Part shown: positions 36,749 through 46,722 of the stretch, in pieces
Layout: each line of letters begins with the position of its first letter
How positions within the stretch are numbered: position 1 is the stretch's first letter
Source: Candidatus Woesebacteria bacterium
GTDB taxonomy: Bacteria > Patescibacteriota > Microgenomatia > UBA8517
Direction of reading: 5' to 3'
DNA: 64,000 nucleotides
Assembly (NCBI GenBank): GCA_013426185.1
Contig: CP058602.1
Span: 399,123 to 463,122 of the forward strand
Notes under the pieces: model-generated
Seen by the model: the letters and a program-made list of their open reading frames with translations, nothing else
Told to the model about the DNA's origin: nothing
The model's database searches: none
Program-made: the position numbers and the translations under genes

Positions 36749-36948
36749 TTGCTTCTGACAAATATCTGCTCACCATTCGGCAAAACAATATTCTCCTCTC
36801 CACCTCCAGACACAACAATAGCATCATTTTTACCCTGCGAGACTACATATTTTTTACCACCATCACCCACAAGCTCTACCACACCATCGCCAGCACCTTC
36901 GTTTTTAATTAAATCTCCCAACTGTTGATAAACTTTTCTTTCGGACAT
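36745..36948 (-). CDS. hypothetical protein
   Basis: Short Gly/Val-rich ORF. Confidence 0.5.
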   Translation of the reverse strand: MSERKVYQQLGDLIKNEGAGDGVVELVGDGGKKYVVSQGKNDAIVVSGGGEENIVLPNGEQIFVRSN

Positions 36949-37031
36949 AAGCAGTGATTTTACTCAAAAAACGGCAAAAAAACAACAAAAATTGCAAAAT
37001 TATGAATTTTTATTTTGAGGTAAAATAAGAT

Positions 37032-37628
37032 ATGCATAAAACCAAAAGTAAAAACAAAGAAAGACAATTGATAATAATTGATCTTGATGATACCTTAATT
37101 GACACTTATTCATTCAAAAATATAATCTTTGACAAGCTTGCCTTAGAGTCAGGCCTTACAAAAAAAGAAATAGAAGAAATTTATCAAGAAATAAAAAGAA
37201 AAGGAAATAAAAACCTTTTATCAACCTTTTGTTTAGAAATTGGTAACAAATCTAATAAAGACAAGAACATTTTTGAGAAGACAATTCTATCAGCCGTAAA
37301 GACCATAAAAATTAACAAAGAGGTTCTTAACTTTGTCAAAAAAACGAAAGGAGACAAAATACTATTAACGCAAGGAGAAACAAAATTCCAAAAAGCAAAA
37401 ATTGAATTTCTAAAAGAGAAAACAAAAATAGACAAAATTTTGAGCGATATAGTTATAACAAAAAATGACAAAGCACAATTTATAAGTTCCAAAATTAAAA
37501 GGAACAAATTCATTTTCAAAGGGAAAAGCTACAACACTATCACTATTTTAGACGACAAACTTGATTTGTTTTATGATTTGAGAATGTATCCTTTTATTGG
37601 ACTAATTCACCCCAAAGAAATTGAGTAG
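37032..37628 (+). CDS. HAD-superfamily hydrolase-like protein
   Basis: IIDLDDTLID, LLTQG...Q..KI, ILDDK. Confidence 0.8.
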   Translation: MHKTKSKNKERQLIIIDLDDTLIDTYSFKNIIFDKLALESGLTKKEIEEIYQEIKRKGNKNLLSTFCLEIGNKSNKDKNIFEKTILSAVKTIKINKEVLNFVKKTKGDKILLTQGETKFQKAKIEFLKEKTKIDKILSDIVITKNDKAQFISSKIKRNKFIFKGKSYNTITILDDKLDLFYDLRMYPFIGLIHPKEIE

Positions 37629-37632
37629 GAGT

Positions 37633-38940
37633 TTAATTTTTGAGAGAAGAGATAAAATCTTCAAGATTAACTAACTTTTGATCTCCAGTTTCTAGATCTT
37701 TGACCTTGATAAGACCTTTTTTAATCTCTTCCTCGCCAAACATAACCACCCAAGGAATACCCAAACTATCAGCATATTTAAACTGTTTATCAAGTTTTGA
37801 GGAATCATAATAAACTTCAGCGGCTATTCCTGCCGCTCGGAATTTCTTCGACAAGAGAGAATAATTTGAGGGATCAATTCCAGGAAAATTAACAACCAGA
37901 ACCTTGGAATTGGTCTTAACTTTTTCAACTTTACCTAACTTTTCAAGAGCCGAAAAAAGCCTATCAACACCCACTGAAGTTCCGACAGCTGGCAAATCAA
38001 CTTTGCCGTCTGACAAAAGTGAAATCAATTTATCAAATCTGCCACCACTGCAAACACTGCCTATTTCAGGCAAATCCAAAAGGTAAGTTTCATAAATTAT
38101 GCCCGTATAGTAGTCAAGCCCACGAACAATGGTTGGGTCAAAGACAACTAGATTTTCACCATAGCCTGATTTCTTTAAAATAGAAAACACTTCCCCCAGG
38201 TTAGATATTCCCTCAAGAAGAGCAACACTTGACCCCAAGACTTCTCTTATCTTGTCTATTTTTTCTTCGCTACTGCCACTAATTGACAAAAATTGTAAGA
38301 CTAATTCAGAAACTTTGTCTCCAAATTCAATCTTTATTTCCTCAAGAACTTTGTCTTTTCCTAGCTTACTAGTCTTATCAATTATCAAAAATAATTTCCT
38401 GGAAGCATCGCTATCAAGGCCTAATTTTTCAGATAAAGCATCAAGAATTCTTCTATTGTTAACAGAAATCAAAGCACCAACACCCAAGGCCTGCATGGCA
38501 TCTGCCATCATCATCACAATTTCACTATCAGAAAGTGCGCTTTTGGCACCAACTATATCAGCATCAAATTGCAAAAACTCGCGATACCTACCTGTCTGCG
38601 GGCTTTCGCCACGCCAGACATTACCAACTTGATATCTTTTATAAGGCAAGACTAGATCGTCTTTATATTGCGCCACAACCCGTGCCAAAGGAACAGTTAA
38701 ATCATAACGAAGCGCAACTTTTCTTCCCCCATGATCCTCAAACTGATAAATAAGTTTCTCCCCTTCCTCGCCATATTTACCTGTTAAGGTCTCAAAACGC
38801 TCGATGGCAGGGGTATCAAGTGGGAGAAAGCCATAGCTTTCGTAAACCTTTTTTATAGTTTCAATCATCCTTTGCCGAGGTATAAGCTCTGAGGCAAGAA
38901 AATCACGAAACCCCGACATCGGACCTTTAGTTTTTGCCAT
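37633..38940 (-). CDS. hisS: histidine--tRNA ligase
   Basis: LRYDLTVP, WRGESPQTGRYREFLQFDAD, RGLDYYTG, SGGRFD. Confidence 0.97.
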   Translation of the reverse strand: MAKTKGPMSGFRDFLASELIPRQRMIETIKKVYESYGFLPLDTPAIERFETLTGKYGEEGEKLIYQFEDHGGRKVALRYDLTVPLARVVAQYKDDLVLPYKRYQVGNVWRGESPQTGRYREFLQFDADIVGAKSALSDSEIVMMMADAMQALGVGALISVNNRRILDALSEKLGLDSDASRKLFLIIDKTSKLGKDKVLEEIKIEFGDKVSELVLQFLSISGSSEEKIDKIREVLGSSVALLEGISNLGEVFSILKKSGYGENLVVFDPTIVRGLDYYTGIIYETYLLDLPEIGSVCSGGRFDKLISLLSDGKVDLPAVGTSVGVDRLFSALEKLGKVEKVKTNSKVLVVNFPGIDPSNYSLLSKKFRAAGIAAEVYYDSSKLDKQFKYADSLGIPWVVMFGEEEIKKGLIKVKDLETGDQKLVNLEDFISSLKN

Positions 38941-39033
38941 ATTCTTAATTATAAAAGACGCGATCGCAAAAAGAAACCGACATAAAGACTTTCAACCAAA
39001 GGGACCACAGCCTGAGAACCAAGAAAAGAATCT

Positions 39034-39759
39034 CTAAGGGCGATAGGGAATACTTACAACCGTGATATTATCCGAACCACCACAAGCATTGGCCATCTCA
39101 ATCAAAGTTTTTACAAAATCACGATTGGAGGAGGATTGCTGATTCACATATAATACATTTCCAATTCCAATCTTTCCGTTGTCAAGATACCTAGTAAACC
39201 CATCCGTTGCCAAAACAAGCTTTTGTCCAGGAGTCAAATTTACCTCTGCAATATTTGGAGTCCGAAGCATCATCGGCTTTCCTCCCGAGCTACCCAAAGC
39301 TTGATTAAGCCTTCCCTTACGATCTTCATCACGGGGCGTGAGTTCTCGGATCTCCCCTTTTCGGGAATCAAGCAGCAAGGCAGAGCTATCACCGACCGAA
39401 AAAATACGAAAATGATTTGGCACTATCTCCTGAGCAACAACAAGTGTTGTAAAACCCTTATCAATTTTAGAATTAATAATCGCGATATCCTCTGGGGTTA
39501 CAACCTTCGACCCCTCCGCAATTTTTCTTAACAAAACAACTGCTGTTCTAGAAGCTATCTCACCATGTTCTTCTCACCCAACGCCATCTGCCACAGCATA
39601 AGTTGGTCGCGGAAGATCAAAGCCTAGCAATATTGCGTCTTCGTTAGATCTCCTTTTCAAACCCCAATTCGTTTCGCCATAAGGTTGATGAGCAGCAAAG
39701 TCTTTTTTCTCTCTACTCCTCCTCCCACCTTCCAGATCAACTCTAACTGCATCTACCAT
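39034..39759 (-). pseudogene. PP2C/PPM-family Ser/Thr phosphatase interrupted by in-frame TGA at 39574-39576
   Basis: RSNEDA...AVADGVG*EEHGEIAS continues in the same frame into VGDS, LATDG, GGSDNITV. Confidence 0.85.
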
Positions 39760-39793
39760 AATCTACATTATAAATTTTACTTAATTCATCAAG

Positions 39794-39997
39794 TCAATAA
39801 GCCTCTATCTGTTTTGGAGGGCACTTACTATCCGCAAAAGAACAAAAAACACAGCAATCCCCCTTCTTGGGTTTTAACAGCTTACTACAATAAACACACT
39901 TATAAAAATACTGGCAAGAATCAGTGGGCATGGTCAGCACCTGCTTTTCTCCACATTCAGGACAGGTCAAAACAGCTTTCGTCCTAATCTCGCCCAT
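39794..39997 (-). CDS. GDCCVxC-domain small Cys-rich protein
   Basis: LTCPECG...MPTDSCQYFYKC..C...KKGDCCVFCS. Confidence 0.85.
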   Translation of the reverse strand: MGEIRTKAVLTCPECGEKQVLTMPTDSCQYFYKCVYCSKLLKPKKGDCCVFCSFADSKCPPKQIEAY

Positions 39998-40168
39998 AAA
40001 GCTAGTATACACCCCACCACCGCGATTACAAAACAAGCCAATATCCTAGCCACTGACAGAGGCGCATTTTGCTCGGTTGCGCTAGGAACGAACCCTACTC
40101 AGCCATAATCAGAGTAAAATCACAAGGTTCTAGCTTGTCGAATGGCTTGCACTGAGCTTGCCGAAGTG

Positions 40169-40239
40169 CTGCCCAGCAGGGATTCGAACCCCAATTTTCG
40201 CGTCCAGAGCGCGACGTCCTACCATTAGACGACCGGGCA
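40169..40239 (-). tRNA. tRNA-Gln(CTG)
   Basis: TGCCCGG/CTGGGCA acceptor stem; TCGCG-CTCTGGA-CGCGA anticodon arm; GGTTCGAATCC T arm; CCA not encoded. Confidence 0.95.
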
Positions 40240-40500
40240 AAGTTTTAAAGAATCTCTAAGCATTAGCTTCAGAGCTTTCTTGCCTTTTGCTGTTTTAAGA
40301 TATTTTTCTCTCCTTTGTGCATCTTCTTTGCTCAAATATGCTTCGTAAAACACCAACCTTAGACCTTTTCTATTTTTTGTCAACTTCACCCCACCACTTT
40401 TATGCTTCCTAATTCTTTGTCTCAAATCCCCAGAATAACCTATATAAAAACGCCGACCATCAAACAAGACATAAACATAGTAGAATTCTCTAAGCACCAA
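40225..40500 (-). CDS. stand-alone GIY-YIG nuclease
   Basis: YYVYVL...FYIGYSGDLRQRI..H..G...YEAY.....A..RE..LK; its stop codon lies inside the tRNA-Gln D arm. Confidence 0.9.
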   Translation of the reverse strand: MVLREFYYVYVLFDGRRFYIGYSGDLRQRIRKHKSGGVKLTKNRKGLRLVFYEAYLSKEDAQRREKYLKTAKGKKALKLMLRDSLKLCPVV

Positions 40501-40511
40501 TATATATTATA

Positions 40512-40642
40512 GCGTCCACCCCAAACCAGAATAAATTCGGTTTAGGGTGCCATGAATCAAACGTTGTTTTGGTTCATGGCAGAGCGCGACGTCCTACCAT
40601 GTCGTCGCTTCGCTCCTTTTGCTTCGCACAGACGACCGGGCA
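40512..40642 (-). pseudogene. duplicated 5' half of tRNA-Gln with two inserted segments
   Basis: TGCCCGGTCGTCT[about 29 nt]ATGGTAGGACGTCGCGCTCTG[two hairpins]GACGC; matches the intact tRNA apart from the inserts. Confidence 0.75.
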
Positions 40643-41060
40643 ACGATAAACAGGTAAAAGGCAAGAGTTAAAAGTTAAAAGAATTCGGATTTCAGCCATC
40701 GGCTGTCAGCTGTCAGTTCCGAGTCCTATCTTAATTCATAAATCAAAAATCAATATTCTATGATTAAAAATAAAAGAGCAATAGAAATCAAATAAAACTA
40801 TTTAATTTTAGCACAAATCAGATTCAAAATCGATAAAAAATAGAGCTTAGGCTTGATAGCAAAAAACAACAACCAACATTCAACAACCAACAATCGAAAA
40901 CTGCCACAGGACTTACAAAATCCTCAGCTCCGATACTGTAGTAAATTCAGATATAAACAGAGGCAGATCAAAAGATAAGTTGTTTCTTTAGAAATTCAAT
41001 AGTATTGGAACAGTTCTCTACTCTCGTACTTAAAAATCCATATTAAAAATAAAATAAAAT

Positions 41061-42629
41061 TTAAGAGACAATCTCTTCTTTCTTCGCTTTAATAAAATGA
41101 ATCCATTCTTCAACAACCTCAAGAAAAACTTTAAGTGGCGCCTCGATAATAAAATCAAGAATAAAACTTAAGACATTAATACTTGCAATTTTTGATGATA
41201 GCCATTGCCCTACTTTAATAACAGGCAAGAAAATAAAATCTTTAAAAGAAGAAAGCAAAGATTCTCTGTCATCCTTCTCTAAACTAAAATCCTTGGCAAT
41301 GCCGCGCACACGATAAGCAAAAAATGAAACCACCGACAAGAAAAACAAAAATATAATTTGACTAACAGGGTTAAAACCAAGTTTTGTCAAAATCCAAATC
41401 ACCCCGCCAAAAGTAATGCCAAACATCACAAGATAAAAAATGCCAAAAATCTCACTTATTTTTTGACCTTTAGAAAGTGAAGAGATAATTTTTACTTCAG
41501 GTTTATCTTGAGAATAAAAATAATCATTAATCACTTCTACCATCCTTTCGGTATTTTCCTCATCGGGTAAATCTATATCAAGATTGAGAAGGAACATCAA
41601 AAGAGGTGGAAAAGAAAGATTAATTCCAAGCGCTAGATAATTCACCTTCCCAAAGATAATGTCTATTGGCAGCTCAAGCAAAATCCCAATCACCATTTTG
41701 GTCAAAAAAATATAAACAATGCTTCTTAAAGAAGCGCGTGAGAGCTTGTCTTTTGTTTCGCGATAAAGATCTTCAAGAAGAGATCTAACGGTCTCCTCTA
41801 GCCTATCTTTATTTGAGACCAAATCAACAAAATCTTGTTGATAAGTATTCACCATTTCGCGAATAATATTAAAAGGGGGCGAAAGAAAAACAACTTCTCT
41901 TTTTAGGACAGAAGCAAGCGGATAATTAAGCTGAGATTCAATATACGAAAGATTTTGAAAGAAATCGCCTCTTAATTTTTCAGCGTCAGCTTGATTATTA
42001 AACCAGGCAGGAAAGAGCGTCTTTAATAACTTATACGCTATCAAGCCGTCACTGTTTTTACCAAATCCGCGCTCAACAGCAATGTAAATTTGAATCGATT
42101 TTGTTTTGGAATCAGCTTCATCAAAATCAAGTCTTCTAGAAAGCGTTTCAAAAACATAATTGATAATAACCTGCGGCAGAGGATCAAAAGCAAGCTTTTC
42201 TTCTATCTCACAAGAGGCAATCTCCAAAACTCTCTTTGACAAGCCGTTGACACCCTCGGCTCCCGAAAGCAAGGACCTGTATTTCTCAATTATCACAGCT
42301 ATTTCCTCAACTAACCCTGCAGATACAGATTCGGGCTTTAAATACCTTGCCCAAAGAAGCTCTTTTACAAGAAGACGGGCTAACTTTTCGCTTTTCTGGT
42401 TTAAAAAAAGACGCCTTTTCAAAATTCTTTCGATTGCCGCCTGACGAATCAGATGCTCCGCTCTAAACTCGACTGCATTCCTTGCCGACTCATAAATTAC
42501 CGCCAAAGTAGAAGCAGTTTTACTAATTGCAAGCGGTTCCTCAACTTTCTTCTGGGAAAGCTTTAGTTTAAAAGCTAAAGAAAGTTCTTTTTTAAATTCT
42601 TCTGTTTGTAAGTTAAGCCCGTCTCTCAT
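41061..42629 (-). CDS. conserved membrane protein
   Basis: YESARNAVEFRAEHLIRQAAIERILKRR N-terminal domain and C-terminal TM helices. Confidence 0.75.
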   Translation of the reverse strand: MRDGLNLQTEEFKKELSLAFKLKLSQKKVEEPLAISKTASTLAVIYESARNAVEFRAEHLIRQAAIERILKRRLFLNQKSEKLARLLVKELLWARYLKPESVSAGLVEEIAVIIEKYRSLLSGAEGVNGLSKRVLEIASCEIEEKLAFDPLPQVIINYVFETLSRRLDFDEADSKTKSIQIYIAVERGFGKNSDGLIAYKLLKTLFPAWFNNQADAEKLRGDFFQNLSYIESQLNYPLASVLKREVVFLSPPFNIIREMVNTYQQDFVDLVSNKDRLEETVRSLLEDLYRETKDKLSRASLRSIVYIFLTKMVIGILLELPIDIIFGKVNYLALGINLSFPPLLMFLLNLDIDLPDEENTERMVEVINDYFYSQDKPEVKIISSLSKGQKISEIFGIFYLVMFGITFGGVIWILTKLGFNPVSQIIFLFFLSVVSFFAYRVRGIAKDFSLEKDDRESLLSSFKDFIFLPVIKVGQWLSSKIASINVLSFILDFIIEAPLKVFLEVVEEWIHFIKAKKEEIVS

Positions 42630-42660
42630 CTTTGAGGAATTTTACACCTAAAAGCAGTTA

Positions 42661-42975
42661 TTAAAAAGATGATAGACTGTTTCTTAATTTCTTCAAGATT
42701 AATGAGAAAAGCGAAGGCGCTCTTTTTTCCTGTTGCCTTTTGGTCCAAACCGAAATTACCACCCACCTTTTGTCTTTCTCTTTTGCCACAATCTCAACTC
42801 TCAAATTACCATATAAACGCCAGTAGATGTAGGCTCCTTTTGAAAAAGCATAGCGGCTACCTGAGGGATTATGCCAAACAGCCCAAATATCAGAAATTTT
42901 AAGACCGCGCTCTCTTGCTCTTTCTAAAGCATGATTCGTAAAGTAAAGTCCTTTAAAACTTTTTGTGCTCACCAT
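42661..42975 (-). CDS. DUF4258-like protein
   Basis: FTNHALERARERG...VVISVW. Confidence 0.65.
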   Translation of the reverse strand: MVSTKSFKGLYFTNHALERARERGLKISDIWAVWHNPSGSRYAFSKGAYIYWRLYGNLRVEIVAKEKDKRWVVISVWTKRQQEKRAPSLFSLILKKLRNSLSSF

Positions 42976-43294
42976 AAGTGGAAACTAACCCAGTTATCTC
43001 AAGGGTCAAAATAAGAACAGCTTCCTTTACAATCTTAATAATATCTTCCTCAGCTTTTGATTTGAGAAAATCAATTATTTTTTCATCAGCAGGATTTTTT
43101 GCAACAAGCGAGGCAAATTCGGCATGATGCTCCTTGGGTAAAACTTTCAAAATCGAAGACAAAACACGATAATGAATCAGCTCATCAATAAGTAGTGCAA
43201 GTTCCGAAAATTCATCATTATCTCTTACTATTTTCTTTAGTTTTTTTTCTATCTTTTCTAACTTTAGAAAACGATCGTAAAAAACAGTACTCAT
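42953..43294 (-). CDS. hypothetical protein
   Basis: Tightly packed in operon. Confidence 0.65.
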   Translation of the reverse strand: MSTVFYDRFLKLEKIEKKLKKIVRDNDEFSELALLIDELIHYRVLSSILKVLPKEHHAEFASLVAKNPADEKIIDFLKSKAEEDIIKIVKEAVLILTLEITGLVSTYGEHKKF

Positions 43295-43298
43295 ATTT

Positions 43299-44276
43299 TT
43301 AAGCTTTAACTAAATTTTTAGCCTCAAGATCAATCTTGTCATATTCAACAGGTCCCAAAGGCACCTCACCTTCTGACTCATCAATAAAAAAAAGAAGAAC
43401 AGGCCCCTTTTTGTAAGAAGGCCCACCCAGATAATTCATAACTTCAGGGCTCCCACCAAAATGCTTACCTGTCCAAGCAGCAGGTCCTGAATCAGCAATT
43501 GAGGCAACAACGGCTCTCCCATTTTCTGTATTTACAATTAAAACCTTGCGATATTTATACCAATTCTTAAGAAAAGGTTGATTAGTGTTCCAGTCAGGTA
43601 GATAAAGAGTTTGGACCACTGCATACCACCTTTCTATATTTTCGATTTCAGGAGTCATTTTTTGAGAAGACGGAGCAAAATAACCCCAAGCACCAAGTCC
43701 GGGTGCCATTCCCTCTTTCAAAACCAAGCGGTCATCTGTATGTTTTTCAAGAGTATCGCCTGGATATCTTCTTAAATGCTGCTCAATACCAATAATTCCA
43801 TAAGTAGTATTCAAGTGTTGGCCATCAAGAGTTGCTTTGGCTTTAATTCCAAGAACCTGGCCAAAAAGCTTCTCCAATAAACTTTCTTCCTGAGGCATAA
43901 GCGGTCTTACCTTTTTGGGCAAAATTGAATCTAGATTTGAAACAAGAATATTTCTTAAATTGACAGCGTTATCCAAACCATTATCCTTAAATCTTTCAAT
44001 AGACATTGACGGCAAGGCCGCTATCTTACCGTCAGGGACAGAAAAAAGTAGCGTTCCTGCCAAGAGCCCACCTGAAATAATCTTTGAAGAATGCTCTCTT
44101 ATTTTCCCTAAATTTATTCCTTTTTCAGAAAGCAAAGACCAAAATTCAGGATATTTTTCTTTAAGGTTCTTTTCAGCCTCAAAACTTTTTAGTTTTAACT
44201 TGTTACGATAAAATTCTCCGTCAACTTTATCTTTATAAGTTTTATGATAAGTCTGTGTAGGAAGTTTTCCTCCCAT
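43299..44276 (-). CDS. hypothetical protein (possible double-psi beta-barrel/RlpA-like C-terminus)
   Basis: KVLIVNTENGRAVVASIADSGP resembles the RlpA-type V...V.DxGP motif. Confidence 0.6.
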   Translation of the reverse strand: MGGKLPTQTYHKTYKDKVDGEFYRNKLKLKSFEAEKNLKEKYPEFWSLLSEKGINLGKIREHSSKIISGGLLAGTLLFSVPDGKIAALPSMSIERFKDNGLDNAVNLRNILVSNLDSILPKKVRPLMPQEESLLEKLFGQVLGIKAKATLDGQHLNTTYGIIGIEQHLRRYPGDTLEKHTDDRLVLKEGMAPGLGAWGYFAPSSQKMTPEIENIERWYAVVQTLYLPDWNTNQPFLKNWYKYRKVLIVNTENGRAVVASIADSGPAAWTGKHFGGSPEVMNYLGGPSYKKGPVLLFFIDESEGEVPLGPVEYDKIDLEAKNLVKA

Positions 44277-44278
44277 AG

Positions 44279-45625
44279 TTAAAGCAAAGCGCTTATTCTT
44301 TTCAAAGCCTCATCCCTTCCAAGAATTATTATAGACTCGTTAATTGGAGGAGTAATCCTCTTGCCTGTTATCGCCAACCTTAAATCCATAAAGAAATCGC
44401 CTGTCTTAAAACCTTTTTCCTGAATTTTATCCATCAAAGCCTCATTTAATGAATCAAGATTCCAAGGAACACTTTTTATAGCCTCAAGACAAGTTGAAAG
44501 ATGTTCTTTGTAATTATTACCAAGAAGAGAGACATCTACACCAGGCCTTTCGAAAAAGAATCCCGCCAAAGTCTCAAACTCTCTTAATGTCTTAATTCTT
44601 TCTTTAATCAGAGGAACCACTTTCAATATCTCATCTAGCTCGTACTTATCACGAAAAAGGCTAACTATACGAGATGCCAAATCTTTATCTGATAATTGCC
44701 TGATATACTCACCATTAAACCAATCAAGCTTGTCTCTGTTAAATATGGGATTATTCTTTTGAAAACCAGCAGGGTCAAAGACACTTACAAAATCAGAGAG
44801 GGTAAAAAGCTCACGGTTATCCTTCGGCGCCCAACCTAAAAGCATTACAAAATTAAGAAGAGCTTCGGGCAAATAGCCATCATTAAGCAGAGCCTCACAG
44901 GAAACAGATCCTTTTCTCTTTGACAACTTTCCGCCTTCAGGATCCAAAATATCTGTCAGATGCCCAATTGCAGGCATCTTGTAACCTAAGTATTCATAAA
45001 CCAGAAGATGAATAGGTGTTGAAGGCAACCAATCATGACCTCTTAAAACATGAGACACCTCCATCAGATAATCATCAACCACGACTGCCAAGTGATAAGT
45101 AGGAAAACCATCTGACTTTAAAAGTGTTGTGTCTGCCACGCTTGAAGTGTTCCAGCTAATCTTTTTGTTTAAAACAAAATCGTTAAAAGAAACTATTTTA
45201 TTTTCAGGGACTTTGAGCTTGATAGCGCCTGTCTTAAGATTTAAGTCTCGGCAAGGGTCGCGCAGCACTTTACCAGAACTTTCGGTTTTGGGATTTCGGG
45301 GAGGACATTGGCAATAAAAAGCATAACCCTTTTTCACTAAAGACAAAGCTGCGTCCTGATAGATTCCTGTTTTAACTCTTTCTGATTGAACATAATATTC
45401 ATCCCACTTAAGACCAAAAGTTTCCAAGAGCTCAAGAATTTTTTCTTTTGATCCTTTTATTTCTCTTTTTTGGTCCGTATCTTCAATTCTTAAAATAAAA
45501 TCACCACCATAATGTTTTGCCAAAGCATAAGAATAAAGAGCTGTTCGCAAACCTCCTATATGCAAATCCCCAGTAGGGCTTGGGGCAAAACGGGTTCTAA
45601 TCTTTGACTTTCTTTTGTCAGGCAT
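44279..45625 (-). CDS. gltX: glutamate--tRNA ligase
   Basis: RFAPSPTGDLHIG, LRIEDTD, PTYHLAVVVDD, KLSKR. Confidence 0.97.
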   Translation of the reverse strand: MPDKRKSKIRTRFAPSPTGDLHIGGLRTALYSYALAKHYGGDFILRIEDTDQKREIKGSKEKILELLETFGLKWDEYYVQSERVKTGIYQDAALSLVKKGYAFYCQCPPRNPKTESSGKVLRDPCRDLNLKTGAIKLKVPENKIVSFNDFVLNKKISWNTSSVADTTLLKSDGFPTYHLAVVVDDYLMEVSHVLRGHDWLPSTPIHLLVYEYLGYKMPAIGHLTDILDPEGGKLSKRKGSVSCEALLNDGYLPEALLNFVMLLGWAPKDNRELFTLSDFVSVFDPAGFQKNNPIFNRDKLDWFNGEYIRQLSDKDLASRIVSLFRDKYELDEILKVVPLIKERIKTLREFETLAGFFFERPGVDVSLLGNNYKEHLSTCLEAIKSVPWNLDSLNEALMDKIQEKGFKTGDFFMDLRLAITGKRITPPINESIIILGRDEALKRISALL

Positions 45626-45675
45626 TACAATTGAATTATACCCTCTCTTCAGGCTATACTCAAAAGGGGATTTTT

Positions 45676-46722
45676 ATGACAAGACTTACACAAGTTTCAA
45701 TAATTACAAGAAAGATAATTCGTTATACCTTTTTCGGTATTATTGGCATCATACTTTTGCGCGGTGCTTTCCTTACTGCCTATAAAATCTACAGGCACTA
45801 TTTTCCAGCTCCTCCACCGCCACCCACTGTCTCCTTTGGCAAACTGCCAGCTTTACCCTTTCCTCAAAAAGACAATCCAACCAACTTGCAATTTCGTCTT
45901 GAGACACCAACTGGCAGCTTGCCTCAATTTCCATACACTGTAAAGATTTTCTTTATGCCCAAAGTCTTTCCGACACTTTTGTCTCTTGATGAAACGAAAA
46001 GAAAAGCTCTCAGCCTCAACTTCGATGGTGAATCTTCTCAGATAACTGAAACGGTTTACTCTTTCAAAAACTCAAAAGTGCCTTCGGAATTAAAGATTAG
46101 TATAGCCACAGGAGTTTTTTCAATCAGCTATAATTTGGCCGAAGATCCATCACCTCTAGACAAAAGGCCTCCGGTCCCTGAAATAGCTGCAACCAAGGCT
46201 AGATCCTTTCTCTCAAGGGCCAATCTTTTAGCAAAAGACCTAAACGGGCCTACAATTACCGAACCCGTTGTGCTTGAGGGAACAAAGATTATTGGCGCAA
46301 AGTCTCTATCTGACGCAAATTTCGTCAAGGTTAATTTCTTCAGGAAAGACTACGACAACTACCCAAGTGTCACTCCTGATCCAAAAGAAGCTAATGTGTG
46401 GCTGATTGTAAGCGGCGACCCTCAACGCGAGAAAGAAATCGTGGGCGCTGAATATCATTATTTTCCAGTTGATGAAACCAAATTCGCCACCTACCCTGTC
46501 AAAACTGCTCAAGAAGCATGGCAAGAATTGCAAGCTAACAAAGCTTTTATTGCCAGTCTCGGTGAAAATCAAGACAAAGAAATTACAATAAGAAGAATTT
46601 ATCTTGCCTATTATGATGCTGGAGTCCAAACAGATTTTTACCAACCAGTAGTTGTCTTTGAAGGAGACAGAAACTTTAAAGCTTATCTCCCTGCTGTCAC
46701 TAGTGACTATTACGGGCAATAA
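45676..46722 (+). CDS. membrane-anchored hypothetical protein
   Basis: N-terminal TM, poly-Pro linker, YLAYYD...YQPVVVF..YLPAV C-terminus. Confidence 0.75.
   Translation: MTRLTQVSIITRKIIRYTFFGIIGIILLRGAFLTAYKIYRHYFPAPPPPPTVSFGKLPALPFPQKDNPTNLQFRLETPTGSLPQFPYTVKIFFMPKVFPTLLSLDETKRKALSLNFDGESSQITETVYSFKNSKVPSELKISIATGVFSISYNLAEDPSPLDKRPPVPEIAATKARSFLSRANLLAKDLNGPTITEPVVLEGTKIIGAKSLSDANFVKVNFFRKDYDNYPSVTPDPKEANVWLIVSGDPQREKEIVGAEYHYFPVDETKFATYPVKTAQEAWQELQANKAFIASLGENQDKEITIRRIYLAYYDAGVQTDFYQPVVVFEGDRNFKAYLPAVTSDYYGQ

Noticed and set aside
39574-39576. Genome-wide UGA=Gly recoding (code 25)
   Set aside because: Long conserved genes translate fully in code 11 and several end on TGA.
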